This document shows, piece after piece, positions 29,289 through 36,742 of a stretch of DNA of 64,000 bases. Each line of letters begins with the position of its first letter. The stretch's first letter is position 1. Source of the DNA: an uncultured Candidatus Saccharibacteria bacterium. Lineage in GTDB: Bacteria > Patescibacteriota > Minisyncoccia > Phycocordibacterales > UBA6065. The translations under genes were made by a program, and so were the position numbers. Location: positions 63,633 through 127,632 of the forward strand of contig CAZBVG010000004.1 in the NCBI GenBank assembly GCA_964495425.1. Direction: 5' to 3'. The notes under the pieces were generated by a model that had not been told where the DNA came from, did no database searches, and worked only from the letters and a program-made list of their open reading frames with translations.

Positions 29289-29399
29289 GGAAAGATCTTG
29301 AATTTCAAAACCTTTATATTTCTACATTAGAAAATGAAAAAAGTCAATTAACTTATTTCAAATATCTGGACTCGCTTGTCTGCTATAATATTGTGCGAC

Positions 29400-30323
29400 A
29401 TGGCATCTCTTAAAGATTTAAAAACACAATTTCTTGAATACACCGAGATAGAAAAAGGTCGTAGCTTAAATACGGTCCAGAATTATGACCGTTATCTTAC
29501 CCGTTTCCTGGCTTTTCTTAAAAAAGATTTCCCTACAGATATAACAGACTCATCGGTGCGTGAATTTCGCCTCTGGCTTAACCGTCAGGCTACGGGAAAT
29601 AACAAAAAGACGGGAGATACGCTCAAAAAGAAGACGCAAAACTATTATTTGATTGCTTTGCGAGCGTTTTTGAAATATTTGGCGCGGCAAAATGTAAAAT
29701 CGATGCCGCCAGAGCGAATTGAACTTGCAAAAGTTGGCGAACGACATATTGAGTTCATGTCGAATGAAGAATTGCATCGACTTCTTGAATCGCCCAAGGG
29801 AAATGATCTTAAATCGCTGCGCGATCGGGCAATTTTGCAAATGCTTTTCTCGACAGGACTTCGTGTCTCCGAGCTCTGTTCCCTCTCGAGAGATATTGAT
29901 CTGTCTGCGGATGAAATCTCTATTAGAGGAAAAGGTGACAAGGTGCGAGTGGTTTTCCTCTCGGACGAGGCAAAAAAAGCTACGAAGGCTTATGTAGATA
30001 AGAGAGATGATGTCGACGATTCGCTTTTTGTGAAGGTAGCAGTAGAAACACGTAACAAGGGCGAATCAATGCCACTTACACGTCGTTCTGTAGAACGAAT
30101 TGTGAAACACTACGCAACCAAGGCCGGCATTATGTCGAAAAAGGTTACACCGCACGTTATTCGTCACTCATTTGCAACAGATTTACTCTCAAACGGTGCG
30201 GATTTGCGCTCAGTACAGGCATTACTCGGCCATGCAAACATTGGAACAACACAGATATATACTCACGTAACGGATAAACATCTGCGGAATATTCACAAAC
30301 AGTTTCACAATAAGAAGAAGTAA
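29400..30323 (+). CDS. xerC: XerC/XerD-family tyrosine recombinase
   Basis: RDRAIL..LFSTGLRVSEL, GKG.K.R, TPHVIRHSFAT, LGHA..TTQIY. Start set to ATG 29400; the C vs D paralog cannot be resolved. Confidence 0.85.
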   Translation: MASLKDLKTQFLEYTEIEKGRSLNTVQNYDRYLTRFLAFLKKDFPTDITDSSVREFRLWLNRQATGNNKKTGDTLKKKTQNYYLIALRAFLKYLARQNVKSMPPERIELAKVGERHIEFMSNEELHRLLESPKGNDLKSLRDRAILQMLFSTGLRVSELCSLSRDIDLSADEISIRGKGDKVRVVFLSDEAKKATKAYVDKRDDVDDSLFVKVAVETRNKGESMPLTRRSVERIVKHYATKAGIMSKKVTPHVIRHSFATDLLSNGADLRSVQALLGHANIGTTQIYTHVTDKHLRNIHKQFHNKKK

Positions 30324-30362
30324 AAGCGGACGAAGAGGGTCCGCTTTTGTTATAGTAGTTTC

Positions 30363-31160
30363 ATGAAAATCATTTCGTGGAACGTAAACGGTATACGAGC
30401 GGTGCATAAAAAGGGACTTTTTCTCCCTTTTATTGATAAATACAAGCCTGACATTCTTTGTTTACAAGAAACCAAGGCAGAACAAGGTCAGGCAGAGATT
30501 GATCTTAAGCTGTATGAGGAGTATTGGAATTCCGCTACCAAAAAGGGTTATTCAGGTACCGCTATTTTTACCAAAGAAAAGCCGATTGCGGTGTTGAACG
30601 GTATTCCAGAGCATATTGCTGAAAAATATGGCTTAAAAGCTGATGATTATGGCGATCCGCGTACTGAAGGGCGTGTTATTGCAGCTGAATTTAAGGATTT
30701 CTATGTAGTTACCGTCTATACGCCCAACGCAAAAGATGATTTGACTCGTGTTTCCCTTCGCCATAAGCAGTGGGATCCCGCTTTTTTGGCATATTGTAAG
30801 GAGCTTGATAAGAAAAAGCCGGTTATTTTCTGCGGAGACCTCAATGTTGCTCATACTCCTGATGATTTGGCTCGACCAAAGGAGAATGAAGGCATGAAAG
30901 GTTTCACCGAGGAAGAGCGTGAAGGATTCGATAACATCATCAAGGCAGGATTCGTAGATTCATTTAGATTATTTAAAAAAGGAAATGGTTTTTATACATG
31001 GTGGTCGCACTTTGCAAATGCACGCGCGAGAAATGTTGGTTGGAGAATTGATTACATTTTAGTGTCAAAAAAATTAGAGAAAAAAATAAAATCTGCGGAG
31101 ATTTTGCCGGAAGTGTTAGGATCTGATCATTGTCCCGTTTCTCTAGAAATCGCTTTGTAG
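30363..31160 (+). CDS. xth: Exodeoxyribonuclease III
   Basis: SWNVNGIRA, LQETK, GYSG, CGDLNVAH, GWRIDY, SDHCP. Confidence 0.97.
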   Translation: MKIISWNVNGIRAVHKKGLFLPFIDKYKPDILCLQETKAEQGQAEIDLKLYEEYWNSATKKGYSGTAIFTKEKPIAVLNGIPEHIAEKYGLKADDYGDPRTEGRVIAAEFKDFYVVTVYTPNAKDDLTRVSLRHKQWDPAFLAYCKELDKKKPVIFCGDLNVAHTPDDLARPKENEGMKGFTEEEREGFDNIIKAGFVDSFRLFKKGNGFYTWWSHFANARARNVGWRIDYILVSKKLEKKIKSAEILPEVLGSDHCPVSLEIAL

Positions 31161-31235
31161 AGCCACGAAAAGAATGTCCTTTATAAAGGACATTTTTATT
31201 TTGAAAATAAATGTAGTTATCCACACATAATGTCC

Positions 31236-31263
31236 TTTACATGTCTTTTATGCTTGATACACT
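31236..31263 (+). promoter_or_regulatory. Sigma70-type promoter of the putative ncRNA
   Basis: TTTACA-16nt-TACACT with TG at the extended -10 position; DnaA box TTATCCACA at 31217-31225. Confidence 0.6.
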
Positions 31264-31269
31264 ATCTGA

Positions 31270-31618
31270 GGAAGCGACGGGACTGATCTGCTTCGTGCAG
31301 AGAGGAGCTTCGAAGAATGGTTCTTTACACATAAGTCGGTAATCGTTTAAGGTTTGGTCTCGGGTATCGGGAAGTGGTGCTCAACGTTGTGTGCTCATCA
31401 TTAAGAAGGATGAACATAGATCGTTGAGTGTCATTTAGCCGGCACTCAACTTGGTCCTCAAAGACCTACATCTGAAAAGAGAGCTCCAGCGAGCACAGAT
31501 GTCGCCCCATTTGATAGACGTTTATTTTTTTAAATCGCGTCTCCATCGTGGGATCACGCTCTGTACTCACTAAGCACCCTTTTCTAACCGTCGCGCACTC
31601 GCGGCGGTTTATTGTTTT
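31270..31618 (+). ncRNA. Putative structured non-coding RNA (family unassigned)
   Basis: No long ORF; 5' GCGACGG complementary to 3' CCGTCGC; several hairpins; terminator 31586-31618. Confidence 0.6.
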
Positions 31619-31655
31619 CAAAATACTAAAAAATGGCTCAGTTGAGCCATTTTTT

Positions 31656-33161
31656 CTATTTTACATTATGCTTTCCACGTATTTTTGCGAGCTCTTCCTC
31701 CTCGGCTTGCGCCTTCTTTTCCTTCCCTATCGCTGCTAGCTTGTTGAGCTCTACATCACTGAGTGCCTGTAACGCGACAACTCGGCCGGTAAGGTATTCC
31801 TTGGTATTGAGTTTCGGATCCTCGAGTACTTCTTCCATCAAGGCATTCAGTATAAGTCCAACTTTTGGCCCGGGAGACATTTTTGTTACCTCCATGACTT
31901 CTTTGCCATCGATTTTAAGCATTCCTACGCTTATAGGATCGCGCAATGCCTCCTCAATCATGGATTTATACTTTCGGAGGCGGTACGGGCTCTCCTTGGG
32001 CCTTCCAGTGCCTATTCGGTCACATATTCGTACGCTCATGAGGTCCCAAATGTGCTCCTTTCCTACATTTGCAATCATGCGACGAACTGCTGAGAGTGTA
32101 ATTTGTTCGGTATCTGAGAAAAACATGTGCCAGCGGACAAGTTTCACAACAATGTCCACTGTTTTTCCTGGAAAATTGAGGTTTTTCAACACTTTTTCGG
32201 TCATTCGCGCTCCAACTACCTCATGGCCGTAAAACGTGTATTGGTTGGTTTCACGTGAAAACCTGCGGGTTGCCGGCTTACCTATATCATGAAATAGAGC
32301 CGCAAGACGGATCTCGAGCGGATATTTTTTGTCTGCAGCATGTTGAAGGCTACGAAGAAGATGCTCCCATACATCATATGAGTGGGCCTGTGTCTGCTCT
32401 ACCCCATATCCCTCCTCAAGTTCCTTTGCGATAAAAGGAATAACGCCGAGTTCTCTGCAGAGTACGAGGGCGTTCATAGGCGCATCTGACATGAGAATTC
32501 GTACAAATTCATCACGAATTCGCTCCTTGGCTATGTGTTCAAGGAGTTTTGAGTGAGTTTTGAGGGCCTCAAGGGTGCTTTTTTCGATAGCGAAATCAAG
32601 TTCTGCGGCTATGCGAATAGCGCGCATGATACGTAAAGCGTCTTCTGAAAGGCGCTCATGCGCATCCCCTACGGTGCGGATAACCCCCTCTTTGAGGTCC
32701 TTTTCTCCCTCAAAGAGATCGGTAATGTTTCCCGTGAAACCACCATTTTTAGCCGTTTTTTCGATTTTGAGAGCTAGAGCGTTAATGGTGAAGTCCCTTC
32801 GTTTCAAGTCATCCTCTATTTTGGTGCTAAAGGACACCTTATCTGGGCGTCTTTTATCCGTATAGTCTGATTCAACACGGAATGGTGTCACCTCAATTAC
32901 TTTGAGGCGTTCATCTTTGGCTTCATCGAATACTACTCCCACGGTTCCAAATGAGTTTTCGTAAAAGGTGTGCGTAAAGGTGGCTTGAATCTGTTCGGGT
33001 GTGGCGTCTGTTGTGACGTCCCAATCCTTCGGTTCTCGGCCTAGCAAAAGATCACGCACGCATCCCCCTACTAAATATGCCTGGAAGCCAGCTTTTTCGA
33101 GCTCGATGGTTACATGTGAAACTTCGGATGGAATATCAAGCGTGAGAGGTTTTTTTGACAT
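31656..33161 (-). CDS. cca: CCA tRNA nucleotidyltransferase with HD domain
   Basis: VGGCVRD, DWD, RRDFTINA, EDALRIMRA, ERIRDE, FHDIGK. Confidence 0.93.
   Translation of the reverse strand: MSKKPLTLDIPSEVSHVTIELEKAGFQAYLVGGCVRDLLLGREPKDWDVTTDATPEQIQATFTHTFYENSFGTVGVVFDEAKDERLKVIEVTPFRVESDYTDKRRPDKVSFSTKIEDDLKRRDFTINALALKIEKTAKNGGFTGNITDLFEGEKDLKEGVIRTVGDAHERLSEDALRIMRAIRIAAELDFAIEKSTLEALKTHSKLLEHIAKERIRDEFVRILMSDAPMNALVLCRELGVIPFIAKELEEGYGVEQTQAHSYDVWEHLLRSLQHAADKKYPLEIRLAALFHDIGKPATRRFSRETNQYTFYGHEVVGARMTEKVLKNLNFPGKTVDIVVKLVRWHMFFSDTEQITLSAVRRMIANVGKEHIWDLMSVRICDRIGTGRPKESPYRLRKYKSMIEEALRDPISVGMLKIDGKEVMEVTKMSPGPKVGLILNALMEEVLEDPKLNTKEYLTGRVVALQALSDVELNKLAAIGKEKKAQAEEEELAKIRGKHNVK
32247..32262. 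promoter_or_regulatory. parS-like palindrome
   Basis: GGTTTCACGTGAAAAC vs consensus TGTTTCACGTGAAACA. Confidence 0.6.
33108..33123. promoter_or_regulatory. parS-like palindrome
   Basis: GGTTACATGTGAAACT. Confidence 0.5.
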
Positions 33162-33226
33162 GAAACTATTGTACTTCTAATGTGATTTTTTGGGAAATTA
33201 GAACCATGCTATACTATCGTATAAAT

Positions 33227-33919
33227 ATGAAAGCACGGTTGGAAGATAGAAATAAAGCCATAGAATTACGTCGTAAGGGTCTAAGCTACAAGGAGATCCA
33301 AACTTTCGTGAGGGTTTCTAAAGGGCTACTTTCAATGTGGCTTTCGGATCTCGAACTGAGTCCGGCAGAAGAAAAACAGCTTGAAAGTAAAATTCTTGAA
33401 CGAAAAAAGAGGGGCAGGCTCAATTCAAAGATTTCAAATCAAACCAGACGACTTGAACGGGAACGAAGAACACTTAAAGAAGCCGAAATCATCTTTAAGA
33501 AGAGAAAAGGGGATCCGCAGTTTCTTATGGGAATTGCACTTTTTTGGGCACACGGCTCAAAGTCATCGTCAAATTTCAATTTTATGAGCACTGATACGGA
33601 TATGATTTTTATTATGTTTGCTTGGGTACAAAAGTATTTATCTGTAGGGAAGGATAGGGTAAGGGTGAGAATATGTGTACCAGAGGACCAGCCAACGCAG
33701 GCATTTGTCGGTTTTTGGGCTAAAAACCTGGGTATTTCTGAGAATTCTATCGCCGTTTCACGTGAAAAGACCCGTAAAACAAAGCACATCACTAACCCTT
33801 ATTACAAAGGATGTGTTCGTTTGACGGTAGTAGGGGTCACATATAAGCGTCTCATGGCAACGTGGCAGAGGCTCTATATTGATCTCTATGGAAAGGCTCT
33901 ACTAAGCCACAAAGTGTAA
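33227..33919 (+). CDS. HTH + degenerate LAGLIDADG-like protein next to a tRNA
   Basis: AIELRRKGLSYKEI...VSKGLLSMWL HTH; GIALFWAHGSK...F.STD..MI region; start set to MKARLED. Confidence 0.7.
   Translation: MKARLEDRNKAIELRRKGLSYKEIQTFVRVSKGLLSMWLSDLELSPAEEKQLESKILERKKRGRLNSKISNQTRRLERERRTLKEAEIIFKKRKGDPQFLMGIALFWAHGSKSSSNFNFMSTDTDMIFIMFAWVQKYLSVGKDRVRVRICVPEDQPTQAFVGFWAKNLGISENSIAVSREKTRKTKHITNPYYKGCVRLTVVGVTYKRLMATWQRLYIDLYGKALLSHKV
33754..33769. promoter_or_regulatory. parS-like palindrome
   Basis: CGTTTCACGTGAAAAG. Confidence 0.6.
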
Positions 33920-33922
33920 AAT

Positions 33923-33997
33923 TGGTGCTTCCGGAGGGATTCGAACCCCCAACAACGGTTCCGAAGACCGGTATGATATCCATTTCACCACGGAAGC
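33923..33997 (-). tRNA. tRNA-Arg(UCG), CCA encoded
   Basis: GCTTCCG acceptor stem, anticodon loop CT-TCG-GA, GTTCGAATC T-loop, ACCA end. Confidence 0.93.
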
Positions 33998-34066
33998 GAT
34001 GTGGTAATAATACGTGAAAATCAATATAAATCAAAAGTGTGATAGGATTTTGGTTAGAAATTCATT

Positions 34067-34276
34067 ATGAATCCCATATCACGACAAGGTACAGTTGATG
34101 GCTTTGTGTTGTTCACACACCAACAACCCTTTGGTACGAGGCCCTGTGCGTGCGATAGCGCGAAAGGCCTTAAATCAGATACTGTAGCGGGGGAGTATGA
34201 AATTAATCTCGATACCGGCGAATTTGCAAGCAATGGGCCTACTTCACTAAAGAAGGACCCACCATCACCCAAGTAA
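34067..34276 (+). CDS. Possible small hypothetical protein (69 aa)
   Basis: Fills the gap between two tRNAs; followed by ATCACCC...GGGTGAT-T-tract hairpin. Confidence 0.4.
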   Translation: MNPISRQGTVDGFVLFTHQQPFGTRPCACDSAKGLKSDTVAGEYEINLDTGEFASNGPTSLKKDPPSPK

Positions 34277-34336
34277 AGGGTGATTTTTTCTTTCCATTTG
34301 GAAAATATTGATTGTTGGTGTAGTATTTTCGCTATC

Positions 34337-34407
34337 GCGGGTATCGTTTAGTGGTAGGACACGTCCTTGCCAAGGATGAGGTGAGAGTTCGATTCTCTCT
34401 ACCCGCA
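34337..34407 (+). tRNA. tRNA-Gly(GCC), no encoded CCA
   Basis: GCGGGTA/TACCCGC acceptor; CGTCC-TTGCCAA-GGATG; GTTCGATTC. Confidence 0.95.
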
Positions 34408-34552
34408 CATATGCAAAAGGCGCCAAGGGGCGCTTTTTGCTTTCAAGGCTGTGCTGTCTTTAACAATGAGTGTCTTTTGAAACATTTTTTATCTCTCGTA
34501 CGTATAAAATAATTCTAAAAAAGTGAATAGAAATAAAGGTATTTTATAAAAC

Positions 34553-34573
34553 TGTGGATAACTCTGTGGATTG
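34553..34573. promoter_or_regulatory. Tandem DnaA boxes outside oriC
   Basis: TGTGGATAA (perfect) 34553-34561 and TGTGGATTG 34565-34573 beside an AT-rich tract. Confidence 0.55.
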
Positions 34574-34754
34574 TGTTTAAAAGACAGGTTTTTGGACAAG
34601 GCAAATTCAGTGTCTTTTGTCCTTAGTGTCGCTTAATGAAGCCATGTATTGACATTTTGCTATTAAAACTTAGAAATCCACAGTTTTATGCCCAAGAACT
34701 CCTTAGGTGTGGGTTCTTTAGGTTATTTTTATCTCTTTTTGCCATGCTGTAGCG

Positions 34755-35147
34755 ATGAAAACATTCACTTCACCATCTCAAAAGATAGGGAAAATAGGTG
34801 AAGATGTGGGTTGCACATATCTTGTATCAAAAGGATATCGTGTTATTGAACGAAATTTCACAAGGAAGTGGGGAGAAATAGATATCATTGCTGAAAAGGA
34901 CGGAGTGGTTCATTTTGTAGAGGTAAAAAGTGTTACGGAGGATGCGTATGGTGATCCAGGGTCAGAAAAGATGAGGCCGGAAGATCAATTACATGCAGTA
35001 AAACAGAAATGTCTTATACGAACTATCGAGTCCTATATGGACAAGCATCCGGTTTCAAGGTGGCAGGTCGATCTTCTGTGTGTTTTTTTGAACATGAGGC
35101 ATAGGAGTGCGAGGGTCAAAGTGCTGCCTGATGTTATCCTGGGGTAG
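34755..35147 (+). CDS. yraN: YraN (UPF0102) nuclease
   Basis: GKIGED, RNF..KWGEIDII, FVEVK. Confidence 0.92.
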   Translation: MKTFTSPSQKIGKIGEDVGCTYLVSKGYRVIERNFTRKWGEIDIIAEKDGVVHFVEVKSVTEDAYGDPGSEKMRPEDQLHAVKQKCLIRTIESYMDKHPVSRWQVDLLCVFLNMRHRSARVKVLPDVILG

Positions 35148-35204
35148 TTGCTGAGTAATTAGATTTTTCCGCTTAGTGTGCTAGTATGTGAAAGTTCTAA
35201 ATAT

Positions 35205-35277
35205 CGGGGCGTGGTGTAACGGCTAACATGCATGACTTGGGATCATGTGACTCTGGGTTCGAATCCCAGCGCCCCGA
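35205..35277 (+). tRNA. tRNA-Pro(UGG), no encoded CCA
   Basis: CGGGGCG/CGCCCCG acceptor; CATGA-CTTGGGA-TCATG; GTTCGAATC. Confidence 0.95.
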
Positions 35278-35293
35278 CACGTGACGGTACCTT

Positions 35294-35599
35294 ATGTCTA
35301 AAAAGTTTACGAGAACAATTGAGGATTTTGTCTGTGAGCACTGCGGCACAGAGATACAAGGTGATGGTTATACAAACCATTGCTCAAAATGTTTGTATTC
35401 AAAACATGTAGATAAGAATCCTGGAGACAGGGAAGAGACGTGTGGTGGGCTCATGGAACCGATTTCAGCAGAAAAAGTGGGAAATGAATATAAAATTACG
35501 CAGAAATGTTTGAAATGTGGTTTTAAGCGCCGTGATCATTTGCGTGATGGCGATAATTTCGATGCCTTTTTAGGAATTTTTAAAAAAATTCCAGCCTAG
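35294..35599 (+). CDS. RNHCP-domain zinc-binding protein
   Basis: FVCEHCG, YTNHCSKCLYSKHVD..PGDR...CGGLM, C.KCG. Confidence 0.88.
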   Translation: MSKKFTRTIEDFVCEHCGTEIQGDGYTNHCSKCLYSKHVDKNPGDREETCGGLMEPISAEKVGNEYKITQKCLKCGFKRRDHLRDGDNFDAFLGIFKKIPA

Positions 35600-35906
35600 A
35601 TTCCGTCAAGAATCTTTTGGTGAGCACCAAGGTTATTCAATTGACATTTATATGAAAAATGGTGAATTCGGCAGGTTTTTGAAAGAAATTTCGAGCATTT
35701 TGGCTCAAATCTGAGGATAAGGGCTCGGAAAAATAATAAAGTCACTAAAAATGATCCACGTCAATTTTTAGAGAGGGTTTTGACATGATGTCTACACCCA
35801 TGATTCTTTATTTTTTCTTGAAAATACAGGTCTATACTTTATGACGAAAGGGAGGACAGTACTCGTCTTTCATAAAGGTTTATTATAAGAACTAATGTGA
35901 AATAAT

Positions 35907-35981
35907 ATGGCAGATACACCTAAGAAACCAGCTGCGCCAAAGAAGCCACAGCCAGCTACACCAGTTCCTCCAACTGCGTAA
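35907..35981 (+). CDS. Putative 24-aa Pro/Lys/Ala-rich peptide
   Basis: MADTPKKPAAPKKPQPATPVPPTA*; terminator CAAAACTCCGGA..TCCGGAGTTTTG at 35988-36016. Confidence 0.55.
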   Translation: MADTPKKPAAPKKPQPATPVPPTA

Positions 35982-36060
35982 GCTCAACAAAACTCCGGAT
36001 TATCTCCGGAGTTTTGATTTAGAGGGAAGTATGCTACATTGATTCTCGTCTCGATCATTT

Positions 36061-36133
36061 GCGGGTGTAGTATAACGGCTCATTATGCTTGCCTTCCAAG
36101 CAAGATACGCGGGTTCGACTCCCGCCACCCGCA
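36061..36133 (+). tRNA. tRNA-Gly(UCC), no encoded CCA
   Basis: GCGGGTG/CACCCGC acceptor; CTTGC-CTTCCAA-GCAAG; GTTCGACTC. Confidence 0.95.
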
Positions 36134-36204
36134 CAACAAGAAAGTAACCAGGAAACATAAAAACCGCATTACTGCGGTTTTTATGTTAGTGCTCGGGCAG
36201 TTAA

Positions 36205-36477
36205 TTACTTAACTGCATCCTTCAAAGCTTTTGCAGCTCTGAACTTAGGCACTTTCATCGCTGGAACTGATATTGTTTCTCCAGTTCGAGGATTTCGAGC
36301 CTGTCGAGCCTTTCGGGTCTTCACAGAGAAGATACCGAGGCCGGCGATAGATACTTCATCGCCCTTCTTGAGGCCAGCTACGATTGAGTCGAATACTTTG
36401 TCGACAACCTGCTCTGCCTGCACTTTAGTGGTGTTGAGAACACCGTGAACTGCTTCTACGATTGCTGCTTTGTTCAT
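36205..36477 (-). CDS. hup: HU DNA-binding protein
   Basis: MNKA, GLGIF, ARQARNPRTGE, PKFRA. Confidence 0.97.
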   Translation of the reverse strand: MNKAAIVEAVHGVLNTTKVQAEQVVDKVFDSIVAGLKKGDEVSIAGLGIFSVKTRKARQARNPRTGETISVPAMKVPKFRAAKALKDAVK

Positions 36478-36742
36478 CTTATTGATTGTTACCTTATAAA
36501 GACTTACTTACAGAACCTATTAAATCACTTTACATAAAAACGATTGGACGCTTTAGATAAAGTAGTCTAGTGAGTTCTATATAAGAGCGGTACCGAAAGG
36601 TAATGGTCTATATAAAGTATATATGAAGCCATTTATTAGGCAAATGATGAAAATATGGCTCTGTTGACAACTTTTTTCGAATTTATGGGTAAGCAATATA
36701 AAACGGCTCTATTGAGCCGTTTTAAAGTATTATGCTGAGTGT

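Noticed and set aside
6978-30323. ICE or prophage made of the VirB4 cluster plus the tyrosine recombinase
   Set aside because: The recombinase is Xer-like and separated from the cluster by core genes (rsmA, pcrA, rpsO); no relaxase, att repeats or phage genes seen
31270-31618. Confident rnpB or tmRNA call
   Set aside because: Lacks the canonical GAGGAAAGUCC/P4 partner and tRNA-like ends; kept as an unassigned RNA
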